Of a DNA stretch of 64,000 bases, positions 29,912-38,620 are shown piece after piece. The notes under the pieces were generated by a model. The model did no database searches. It saw nothing but the letters and a program-made list of their open reading frames with translations, and was not told the DNA's origin. Positions within the stretch are counted from its first letter, which is position 1, and every line of letters starts with the position of its first letter. Origin of the DNA: a virus; IMG/VR virus record IMGVR_UViG_3300027782_000032, positions 32,001 through 96,000 of that record. The stretch is one strand, 5' to 3'. Made by a program: the position numbers and the translations under genes.

Positions 29912-31405
29912 TTACTCTTTACTTCCAATTTGTTTAAGTACATTTAGGAATTTTTCATTAAGTTTCTGCTTACGATTGGCAGCGTTGATCAAGTAGTCAT
30001 CTGTTGCAGGGATAGGGTCTGCACCTATACCTATATGACGCAGCAAAGATCTTAGTCTTCCTGGAGCAGTCCTAGCTATGTAACGTTCTATTGAAACTTT
30101 TCTGTCTTCTGGATCAAGATGGTCATGGCTGTCAAACCTAAGAGCTCGGCCTTCGCTCTGGCTGCTTCTAGCTGTATTCCAGTGAGGGTCAAGCAGTTGA
30201 ACTAGCTTGGTACCTTTAAACGACAAACCTTCTGTTCCTGCTGGACCTAGCAAAGCTACCTTAAGCTTATCGCTGTTGTAGTCGTCAACCAGTCTTTTAC
30301 GCTCTTTATCTGATAGTGCACCTGTAAACGAAGCTGCAGGAATACCTGCTCTGTCTAAAGCGGCTTGGTAAGGCGACAACCCTGCATCGATAAAGTTGGA
30401 GAAGATAAGAGCTTTGCCTTTAGGGTCTTTGTCTAAAAGCCCCTTAAGATTACCAAACGCTGTAGTAAGCTTTGGAGAATCATCGAAAGCTTTTTGAATG
30501 TCTTTGTTTTCTTTCATGAACGGAAGTGTTGAAAGCCCTACCTGCCTAAGCCCTGTCATAAAGCTAGACATTCTGCTTACTTCATCTTTTGTTAGAGGGT
30601 AGTTCCTCTCTAGCTTCCACCTAAGTACAGTAGGAAGCTGACCCATTATATGGCTGTTAAGGTCTGTCTGATCTCGGTTCATTTCTACGACTACGTCTTT
30701 GCGATTAACTTCAGCCTTGGGAGCTAGCGGTGCAAAGTAGTCTACCTTACCTTTTAGCTTGTCTTTAAGTTGCTGCTGATTAATTATCTCTGGCTCTGCT
30801 GGATCTGAGTTTAGAAGTCTGTTGTACCAAGTAGGACTGGCTGTGTCTTTTACATAAGTGTCTTCAAACTCATTCTTACTAACGTCCTCTCCTGTAAGTA
30901 TGTTATACGGCAATGTAAAGTCGCTAGGGTCATTTACCACTGGAGTGCCGGTAAGCATCACAACCTGTTTTGCTTTTCTAGCAGCCTCCATAAGGTTCTT
31001 AGCTTGAGCGGACGCTGGGTTTCTAAATCTGTGAGCTTCGTCTATTAGAATAGAGCCTGGGTTATCTATTGGTTTTCCAAGTGCTAGGCCGGTATGACTC
31101 ATGACGCTGCTAGGTGTTGCAGTGTCTTGGTCTATAAACTTCTCTTGCTCCTTGCGTAAGTTGTTACGTAAGGCAGCAGGAACTACAGCTGTGTAAGGTA
31201 TCTTTGACTCGTCTGCTGAAGCTAATCCGCTTAAAGTCTTACCAGAGCCAAGACTATGGTAAAGCAGCATGCGAGCTTTACCAGTTGTGTCTAGCTGTTT
31301 CTGTACCTTGTCCACTACTCCCTGCTGGTGTGGCTGCAGAGAGATATTAGGATTTAGATCGGCTTGTTTTGTGGAGACGTCTCCACTGTTGTACTCTTGG
31401 GTCAC
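29912..31405 (-). CDS. SF2 (SNF2-related) helicase/ATPase, similar to the poxvirus D6/D11 transcription helicases
   Basis: LLYHSLGSGKT (I), IDEAH (II), LTGTPVVN (III), LIFSNF (IV), AGTEGLS (V), DPHWN...QSEGRALRFDSH (VI). Confidence 0.85.
   Translation of the reverse strand: MTQEYNSGDVSTKQADLNPNISLQPHQQGVVDKVQKQLDTTGKARMLLYHSLGSGKTLSGLASADESKIPYTAVVPAALRNNLRKEQEKFIDQDTATPSSVMSHTGLALGKPIDNPGSILIDEAHRFRNPASAQAKNLMEAARKAKQVVMLTGTPVVNDPSDFTLPYNILTGEDVSKNEFEDTYVKDTASPTWYNRLLNSDPAEPEIINQQQLKDKLKGKVDYFAPLAPKAEVNRKDVVVEMNRDQTDLNSHIMGQLPTVLRWKLERNYPLTKDEVSRMSSFMTGLRQVGLSTLPFMKENKDIQKAFDDSPKLTTAFGNLKGLLDKDPKGKALIFSNFIDAGLSPYQAALDRAGIPAASFTGALSDKERKRLVDDYNSDKLKVALLGPAGTEGLSFKGTKLVQLLDPHWNTARSSQSEGRALRFDSHDHLDPEDRKVSIERYIARTAPGRLRSLLRHIGIGADPIPATDDYLINAANRKQKLNEKFLNVLKQIGSKE
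31371..31386. repeat. Dispersed palindrome copy 5 (perfect 16-mer)
   Basis: Within codons 7-12 (SGDVST) of the helicase gene. Confidence 0.95.
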
Positions 31406-31407
31406 GG

Positions 31408-34400
31408 CTACTCCACTATGACAACTTTGTCGTTGGCGTCTATCTCACCGGAACGGTATGCACGCATGGCATCAGCCTTAGTCTTGAAATAACGCTCAGG
31501 CCTCTTTGATGCTTCAGAGGTAGCTGTGTAAAGTCCGCCTTGATATTCATTCATCGGCAACTGGTGAACCTTGAAGTTCTTTACAGCAAATAGATTTCTA
31601 CTAGGAAGCATCTTCTCTATCGCATCCTTTACAGACTCATCAGTGGTTGGAACGTGATAGTTCATAGCGTCGCCATCGAAGTCGGCGCCAAACCCCTTTA
31701 CAATAATAGGAGGGACCTGAAGCGTACTACCCTTGACCAGCTTCGGCTTGAAAGCCATTACACCATATCGGTGAAGAACTGGGGCCCTAGTAATGATTAC
31801 TGGCCTTGCTTCCATCTCAGAAGTCATGGCATCCATAGCCATAGGGTCTTTCTTCTCTATCATTTCAGAGGCTTTAAATCTATCGACTCCTCTTTTTACA
31901 AGTCGTCGCATAATGAACGGCTTATAAACCGACCAAGCTCTGTCTTCAGGAAGACCTACTTGATCCATGTCCAAGTCTGGGTTAGGAGTAATAGCAGCTC
32001 GACCAACCATGTCTACGTTTGACGCAAGAAGCTTTCTCTGAAGAACGCCATACTTTGGATTGTCACCAAAGACTTGCTTTAGTATTCCCTTAACATTCTT
32101 CTGTTCTAGCTTTGGATTGGCGGAGTCTCCAAGTCCAGTAACTGCTTTAAATGAGTCGTATAAAGCTAGCCTGTGGTCTGACAGATTTGAAAAGCTCTTA
32201 GAAGCTTCTTTCATTTCATTGTTAGAGTCGATTAACTCCTTGTAAAGATAGTTAGCGTCTCCAACCATAGGCAACCCACTTTGTTGCATAACGCTTACAG
32301 GCCTGAACAAAGGAGGAAGCACTGGAACCTTGCTCATCATCCAGTCAGAAGGATGCATCTTAAGGCTCTGAGCTGTTTTAAGATAACCAAGCTTGCGCAC
32401 AGCTGTGTCACGATACGACTTCTTACCTGAGGCTATCTGAGCCCTAGCTTTTATAAGCTCTTGGTCAACGTTTATCTTTTTAAGGGCTGAGCTGATTGCT
32501 TCAGGTCCTTTAACACCGTTAAGCTCTTCCTTTCCAGAAAGAACGTCTCTAAACTTGTTCTCAGTAAGCCCTAGAATTCTTCTAATAGGCTCTTCCATGA
32601 CTGGGTTAGGCATAGATTCGTGCAGCTTAACGTGGCTCCACATAGTGCCGCCATGACCTCCTGTTAGCCTGTTATCAAAAAGGCCATCACCAGCAGGCTT
32701 CATTCCGTTTTCCCAGTCTACTGTATCTGATCTCTTAATTTCTCTATCACCGGACAGAGCGTCAACGTCTTTGTCGGTCATAGCCATAAGCTGTGTCTTA
32801 GATCCATTTCTAACTGGGTTGATTCCAGCTCCTTGAAGCTGAGCCATAAACTTTCGGTAGGTCAGCGGGACCCTTGGTATAGGTAAAGACTTTCCAGTCA
32901 TAAACGCTGCCCAGTAGTCGTCATTCTTCTGTCCCCTAATCGACCCAGCGTCCCTTAGAACCTCATGAGCACCATGAGATAGAAGTGCATTAACATCCAT
33001 AAGAGCCATGCGCTTGCTGCCTTCTTCTCCACCTTTTGCTGGAGTTTCCTCTGCAGTGTATCCGCTAGCTATACCGCGGCCTTGTCCTTTAGACTCTGAG
33101 GTATGGTGAAGCTTCATAAAGAACCTGTTACCAGTGAAGATGTTCTTTATCTTCTTACCTGATTCTGGGTCTTCGATGTCTTCCATGTCGCTAAGGTTGT
33201 TTTGCTTAAGCTCATTTATTGCAAACTCTGTAAGGTCATTAATGTTATCAAAGTCTTTTATAGCGTAGCGCTTTCCTGTCTTCTCAGCAACTTTTCCAAG
33301 AGCTGCCTCTACCATCTGGCTTGGATTGGTTCTAGTTATAACCCCTAGTGGATTAAGAAGTATTTCAAAAGGTCTACCTTGCGCGTCTCTAGGCATTTTA
33401 TCTTCTGGTATAACTGCAGCTATAACACCCTTATCTCCATACCTTCCAGAGAGCTTGTCACCTTCTTTCATCGGGTTAAGACTTTTAACAGTTACCGAAT
33501 ACCCCTTTTTAGTTTGAGCTATGTCAGTTACTATTCCTTCGTTCTCGTGATCCCATGTAGTTGTTGCGTTTGTAAACCCGTTACGTGATCTTCCAACCTG
33601 CTGATTATGGGCTCTTGACAGTATGTTAGCTTGTAAGATAAGTGGGTCACCTTTTCTTACAACTGTGCCAGCCTTTATAACACCGTTGTCATCCATGCCA
33701 GACAGGGCTTCCTTAGAGTACTCAGAAGGAAACAGAGTTAAAAAAGGCTTCTTTCCATGCTTTGAATCGTCGCCAAGCTCAGCCTCATGCTGGTACATAT
33801 GCTCTGACGTTAATCTCTTTGCTGCGCCTTCAGATATGACAATCGCGTCTTCAAAGTTGTATCCTTTGTAAGGTATGTACGCCGACCTTAGATTTGTACC
33901 TAAAGCAGCTGTACCTTTATCGTCAGTATAGTTAGACCTAGCCAATAGGTCTCCATTTCCAACTACATCTCCTACTTTTACGGTAGGCGTATTGTGCAAA
34001 AACGTCTTACGATTGAATGGAAGATTGTTGTAAATCTCTTTCTTATGCAGCTGTCCGTCATCACCCCTAATGTGTATCTCGTCTCCATCCACTTTTATAA
34101 CCTGTCCTGCTACGGTAGACCTTACAGCACCCATGTGGCCGCCATAAGATTCTTCATAAGACTTATCGTCTTCGTCTGGCATTCCCGATTGCACATAAGG
34201 AGATTCTGGGTTTTGAAGGGGTAGCGCCTGCGTAAGCATTCTAGCGCCCATCATAACTCTCTGGCCTTTAGTTGCGCTCTTAAGAGGAATCATGTTTGCT
34301 AAGTGGTTAAAGGAGCTTTCCATTCTTGGAAGCTCGTAGTTAACGTCTTTCCTGTCTACGTACTTGATCTTTCCGTTGACCAGTGCAGCTATCTTATTAT

Positions 34401-35865
34401 TGGTTTTGTCTGCCATTTGATTTGGAAAAGCTATTGCAGATCCTGCAAGCTCTTGAGGAGTTTTCCATGCGTCTTCTCCTGTATTGACGTCTCTAAAGCT
34501 ACCATAAACCTTTCCGTCTATGCCCTTACGAGAGTTGATAGCTATTCTGCTATCCACTCCAACCTTAAGAGACTCAGGAGTTAATAAAGGGTCTACAAAC
34601 CCGAAGTGAGATGGCTGCACATTACGAGCTTCTTCTGGCACTGATTGAAGAGAAGGTATACCACCCTCTCCAAGTCTACTAACCCTAGTTATCTGATTAA
34701 GCAAGTCGGCTGGGTTGACCTCTTCAAGAGGCTGACCAAGTCCGCTAGTCATAATAGCGCCATTTATCTGAGAGTCTAGAAACCCAGGAGCAAAAGAGCT
34801 TAGGTTCTTTTTAAAGCTGGCTTTCCATAGCAGCGGCCTCATTACTCTATGGGCTACCTTTACCCTTTCTGAAAATAGGTCTTCTGGCCCTATCATAGAC
34901 TGGTACGACATAGCGTCACGGTCGTCTGGATCTTGTTCTTTCCTATGAACTGCAAGCAGTTTTTTTGTAGCTGCTATGATAGAGTCTGCTGAAACATTGG
35001 CAAACGGGCTACCAAGTGTCCGTGAGTTAACCTCTGGGTCCATCTCCATCTTTGACATAGCCTCAATCACCGACTTCTTCCTGCTCTCAGGAGTGACTAC
35101 GTCGCCTGGCTTTGATTTAGCTATTCTGTTGAATATTTTATCAAGATGGCTTGGGTCGTCTGTATCAGCGTTGGCTTGGTATATTTCATTACCCCAAGCT
35201 TCTCTCAGCTGCTTGTCGCTAGCGCCCAAAGCCTTAAGAAGTGGAGTTATAGGAACAGAAGACTGACCGAATCCTATAGAAAAAACTCCTTTAGCTGGGT
35301 CAAGCGAGTATCTATGCGATGCGCCTTTTCCAGGCATTATGTTTGCGTGACTCTCTACGTCACCGCTATTTGTAACTCTTGTGAACACTCCAGGCTTAAG
35401 TCGCATCTGATTTGCCAGCGTGTACTCTGTGCCTTTTACTATAAACGTTCCCCTGTCTGTAAGATAAGGAACCTTGGCTAGAGTTGTTCTCTTAGAATCT
35501 AAGACCTCGCCTGTCTCATTATCTGTAAGGTTAAGAGTACCCTTTAGGCTTCTGCTAAGAGTGTTACCTTTTAAGATAGCTTCTTTCTGTGACTTAATTG
35601 ACTTAGTTTCTTCTTCGTCATTCCAGCCAACTTCAGCAATGCTTAAAGTGTGCCTTTGATTTACTAAAGGCTGAATGCCAGCTGCAGACGCTTGAACTCC
35701 TCCGAATATAGCAGCTCTAGTAGCTGCTACATCATCAAACCGACGCATGGTTGGCGGTGGCGCTACTGGCTTTAAAGGAGCCTTAGAACTAACCAAGCCG
35801 ACTGGCTTGCTTAGCGTCGGCTCTGGTATTAGGTTGTCTTCATCGTCTGAGAATATTCCAGCCAT
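31408..35865 (-). CDS. rpoB: Multisubunit RNA polymerase, beta fused to N-half of beta' (catalytic DFDGD)
   Basis: beta motifs GYNFEDAI, GDKLSGRYGDKGVI, ILLNPLGV, MKLHH; beta' motifs VPVLPPLFRP, LLASNVDMVGRAAI, ITRAPVLHR, GADFDGDAMNYHVP. Confidence 0.95.
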   Translation of the reverse strand: MAGIFSDDEDNLIPEPTLSKPVGLVSSKAPLKPVAPPPTMRRFDDVAATRAAIFGGVQASAAGIQPLVNQRHTLSIAEVGWNDEEETKSIKSQKEAILKGNTLSRSLKGTLNLTDNETGEVLDSKRTTLAKVPYLTDRGTFIVKGTEYTLANQMRLKPGVFTRVTNSGDVESHANIMPGKGASHRYSLDPAKGVFSIGFGQSSVPITPLLKALGASDKQLREAWGNEIYQANADTDDPSHLDKIFNRIAKSKPGDVVTPESRKKSVIEAMSKMEMDPEVNSRTLGSPFANVSADSIIAATKKLLAVHRKEQDPDDRDAMSYQSMIGPEDLFSERVKVAHRVMRPLLWKASFKKNLSSFAPGFLDSQINGAIMTSGLGQPLEEVNPADLLNQITRVSRLGEGGIPSLQSVPEEARNVQPSHFGFVDPLLTPESLKVGVDSRIAINSRKGIDGKVYGSFRDVNTGEDAWKTPQELAGSAIAFPNQMADKTNNKIAALVNGKIKYVDRKDVNYELPRMESSFNHLANMIPLKSATKGQRVMMGARMLTQALPLQNPESPYVQSGMPDEDDKSYEESYGGHMGAVRSTVAGQVIKVDGDEIHIRGDDGQLHKKEIYNNLPFNRKTFLHNTPTVKVGDVVGNGDLLARSNYTDDKGTAALGTNLRSAYIPYKGYNFEDAIVISEGAAKRLTSEHMYQHEAELGDDSKHGKKPFLTLFPSEYSKEALSGMDDNGVIKAGTVVRKGDPLILQANILSRAHNQQVGRSRNGFTNATTTWDHENEGIVTDIAQTKKGYSVTVKSLNPMKEGDKLSGRYGDKGVIAAVIPEDKMPRDAQGRPFEILLNPLGVITRTNPSQMVEAALGKVAEKTGKRYAIKDFDNINDLTEFAINELKQNNLSDMEDIEDPESGKKIKNIFTGNRFFMKLHHTSESKGQGRGIASGYTAEETPAKGGEEGSKRMALMDVNALLSHGAHEVLRDAGSIRGQKNDDYWAAFMTGKSLPIPRVPLTYRKFMAQLQGAGINPVRNGSKTQLMAMTDKDVDALSGDREIKRSDTVDWENGMKPAGDGLFDNRLTGGHGGTMWSHVKLHESMPNPVMEEPIRRILGLTENKFRDVLSGKEELNGVKGPEAISSALKKINVDQELIKARAQIASGKKSYRDTAVRKLGYLKTAQSLKMHPSDWMMSKVPVLPPLFRPVSVMQQSGLPMVGDANYLYKELIDSNNEMKEASKSFSNLSDHRLALYDSFKAVTGLGDSANPKLEQKNVKGILKQVFGDNPKYGVLQRKLLASNVDMVGRAAITPNPDLDMDQVGLPEDRAWSVYKPFIMRRLVKRGVDRFKASEMIEKKDPMAMDAMTSEMEARPVIITRAPVLHRYGVMAFKPKLVKGSTLQVPPIIVKGFGADFDGDAMNYHVPTTDESVKDAIEKMLPSRNLFAVKNFKVHQLPMNEYQGGLYTATSEASKRPERYFKTKADAMRAYRSGEIDANDKVVIVE

Positions 35866-35866
35866 T

Positions 35867-36934
35867 TTAGGCCTCTTCTGAAAGTTGTTCGTTAACGTCG
35901 CTTTTTGGAGTTAGAGTTTTTTTCTTTTTGTTTACTTTAACAGGAACAGGTACTGAGTAAATCGGCATGCCCTCAGATTGTCTTCTAGTTAAAAACTCAT
36001 TTAAATACCTCTGATGCTCAAGTTCCTCTGGATCGTTATTCTTAGCATGAGTGTACCCTGTGTTTGTGCCGATTGCTCCAGCTCCTAAAGCTAGAGCTCC
36101 TGCTAAACCTAAATACCCAGTTGCATAAGGTTTAACAGCTGTAAAAGCTTGACTTCCTAAGTTTTTAAGATCTTCAAGTGTAGGAAGCATATAGTTTCCT
36201 ACTGCTGAGGCTCCTTCCATAGCCTTATTACCGACATAGCTAAACGCGTTTTGTAATGGGCCTGGAGGAGCTTCTGCTTTCTTTTCTTTAGTAACATGCA
36301 AACATAAGCTAGCCAACTTTTCTAAATCTTGAGCTAGTGTAGTAGACTTAGCTTCTGCTTTTTTTTGACCAAAGAACCCAGGCTTACCGGTTGCTTTAAC
36401 AGGTTCAGGCAGCCTGTTTGAATGAGCTTCTACTAAAGCCTCTCCAAACTCACGCTTAGCATCTTCTAACTCTTGAGCAGCATCTCTTTTTCTTTTTTCT
36501 CTAAATAGGTGATTAATAACTCCGTATCCTGTTCCTAGGCCAGCACCTGTAGCTGCAACTAGAGCAGGGGCATAGGCCATATTAGCCAAGTCCTCTGTTT
36601 TCCACTCTGATTGCTTTTCATTTTCTGTGTCTTTTATAGATACACCACTCCCTGGGCTAAATGGCTTATACTTACTACCCTTACCCCTTGCCTTACGCGC
36701 TTGTCTTTTTTCAACATTGTAAGAGGCTCCAGGTAAGGCCTCCTGCCCAGGAACGGGCACTTCTATAGTGTTGTTTCCAGGAGTGCCTGTACTAAACGCT
36801 TTGTTGTCTAAGCCACTATTAAAAGAGTTAAGTAGATGTTTAGTTCCAGCAATACCGCCTCCAGCAAGTAAGCTGAATAGTCCTACTCTTTTTAGGTTGT
36901 CCCATTGATTGTCGTCAAAGTATTGATCTGGCAT
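35867..36934 (-). CDS. Glycine-zipper protein, putative ejection protein
   Basis: Three Gly/Ala-rich hydrophobic segments; EKLAS, EKKAE motifs. Confidence 0.5.
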   Translation of the reverse strand: MPDQYFDDNQWDNLKRVGLFSLLAGGGIAGTKHLLNSFNSGLDNKAFSTGTPGNNTIEVPVPGQEALPGASYNVEKRQARKARGKGSKYKPFSPGSGVSIKDTENEKQSEWKTEDLANMAYAPALVAATGAGLGTGYGVINHLFREKRKRDAAQELEDAKREFGEALVEAHSNRLPEPVKATGKPGFFGQKKAEAKSTTLAQDLEKLASLCLHVTKEKKAEAPPGPLQNAFSYVGNKAMEGASAVGNYMLPTLEDLKNLGSQAFTAVKPYATGYLGLAGALALGAGAIGTNTGYTHAKNNDPEELEHQRYLNEFLTRRQSEGMPIYSVPVPVKVNKKKKTLTPKSDVNEQLSEEA

Positions 36935-37288
36935 TTAAGTTCTCCTGTTAGGTGCTAACTTTCCTTGAACGTCAGCCCACTCCATGTGAATACTAAGCTT
37001 CTTATCTTCTGAAATAATCTTAGTTCTGTCTATAATTACACAAGCCCTGTTAGCAGCTAAATCTCTAATTTTAGTATACTCTTTAAGTTCTTCAGGATCG
37101 CTAAGATCAAATATCTTAACTTTAACATCATACTGAAGCGGTATATTCTCATACTCTTCTTGAGTAGTGTTTGGAGCCATTGGGCCGCCTAGTATAGGAA
37201 AACCTTGAGAGGTAGTCCCAGACAGCTGTCTATATTTAACACCTACACCACCAAGCCCAAACTGATTTAAAATACTAGAATCTCTCAT
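36935..37288 (-). CDS. Hypothetical protein
   Basis: 117 aa, co-oriented, abutting its neighbours. Confidence 0.55.
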   Translation of the reverse strand: MRDSSILNQFGLGGVGVKYRQLSGTTSQGFPILGGPMAPNTTQEEYENIPLQYDVKVKIFDLSDPEELKEYTKIRDLAANRACVIIDRTKIISEDKKLSIHMEWADVQGKLAPNRRT

Positions 37289-37299
37289 ATTAGTCCTTT

Positions 37300-38187
37300 C
37301 TAATACCTAGTAACACCTGAAATTCCTCTGTCTCGTTCTCGTCTACGTTTAGCCATCTCCGTCTGTCGTTTAATAAGTGTTGCCTGCCTATCGTACTCGT
37401 TTGTAAGCTCCTCGTTTAACATCTCTTCTCTAGATGGAATAGGAGCCTTGGTTACGTTATGCAAACCTGGTCCAACTACTTGGTTTCCTAAGTAGTACCC
37501 GCCTGCACCCGCTGCTGTAAGGCCTGCCAAGCCTACAAGAGGAATAGAGCCTAGTTGTCCAAGAATACTAAGATCAAGAGCCCTCTTCTCTGCAAAGTAC
37601 AGAGCTTGTTTTACTCGTATCTTTATCTCATCAAGGTTGAGGCCTTCATCAATGCACTTGGCCAAGAAGGCTACTTTAAACATTTGCTTATCGTCCATCG
37701 CTGCTCCTTGCTTTCCTAGAGTAGGTTTGGTAGCTGCAGTAGGGGTTACAGTACCTTTGTTTAAATCTACAGAAGCCCCACCTTTAACTGGCTTTATAGT
37801 CTGACCAGACATTGCAGTCATAGGAAGTCCAGCTAATCCTGCACTGCTAGCGCCCATTAAAGACCCAGCAAACGAAGCTGCGTCAGCAGGAGCTACTCGA
37901 TTGGCTCCTAACTGGGCAGGAGGGGCGCTTGGCCCAACTATTGGAATAGACTTGTCTATAAGTTTATTGCTAAAAGAACTATCATTTAAAGGGTATCTAG
38001 CTACTGCTTCCCTAGTCTTAGCGTGAGCTGCTGAGTTAAATATTTCTTTTGTGTAATTTCTTTTAGAGGTTAAAAGATTCTGTGTGTTTACAGGTAGCTT
38101 ACCCCAGCCGTTGTAAGGCTCAGTAGGCTGCCTTCCTGGAGCTATAGCTTCTGCGTTAATCTGAGCTTGGGTCTTAACTGGAGGCAT
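37300..38187 (-). CDS. Glycine-zipper protein, putative ejection protein
   Basis: LVGLAGLTAAGAGGYYLG; EKRA motif. Confidence 0.5.
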   Translation of the reverse strand: MPPVKTQAQINAEAIAPGRQPTEPYNGWGKLPVNTQNLLTSKRNYTKEIFNSAAHAKTREAVARYPLNDSSFSNKLIDKSIPIVGPSAPPAQLGANRVAPADAASFAGSLMGASSAGLAGLPMTAMSGQTIKPVKGGASVDLNKGTVTPTAATKPTLGKQGAAMDDKQMFKVAFLAKCIDEGLNLDEIKIRVKQALYFAEKRALDLSILGQLGSIPLVGLAGLTAAGAGGYYLGNQVVGPGLHNVTKAPIPSREEMLNEELTNEYDRQATLIKRQTEMAKRRRERDRGISGVTRY

Positions 38188-38191
38188 GGTG

Positions 38192-38560
38192 TTATCCTAG
38201 TATGATTCCTGAGTTGGTTACACCCTTTGGTACGCTAGCTCCAGTTGACCAGATCTTTCGGTTGTCGTGTGCTAGCTGAGCAGCTACCTTTGGGTCTGTA
38301 GGGTCGCCCTGCTCTTTAGCTTCTTGAATACATAGCATAATGTCTCTAGCCGCTGCAATAATCTGAGTCTTCTCGTCTTGATGCTGAACTCTGGTAGACT
38401 CTTCAAACAAGGCTTTTGCTCGCCTTCTCATTACCGAGGTAGGCTCGACCTTATCAGATCCGTCTCTATTATCATGAATGTTTATGAGGCCACCTTCAGC
38501 CCAGAACTCAATCTGGTTGTATTTATATGTCTTCTTAATGATTAAAGCCGGAACGTCCAT
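38192..38560 (-). CDS. Hypothetical protein
   Basis: 122 aa with AAGGG SD-like site upstream. Confidence 0.55.
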   Translation of the reverse strand: MDVPALIIKKTYKYNQIEFWAEGGLINIHDNRDGSDKVEPTSVMRRRAKALFEESTRVQHQDEKTQIIAAARDIMLCIQEAKEQGDPTDPKVAAQLAHDNRKIWSTGASVPKGVTNSGIILG

Positions 38561-38620
38561 TTATTATCCCTTTCAGTTAAAACACAATACTACACTAATT
38601 TAAGCTTGTTGTCACTTAGC

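Noticed and set aside
6925-34495. Half-sites such as GCGTCTCCA (~6928, ~23928, ~32246) and GACGTCTC (~34486)
   Set aside because: 8-10 bp matches are expected by chance; not counted.
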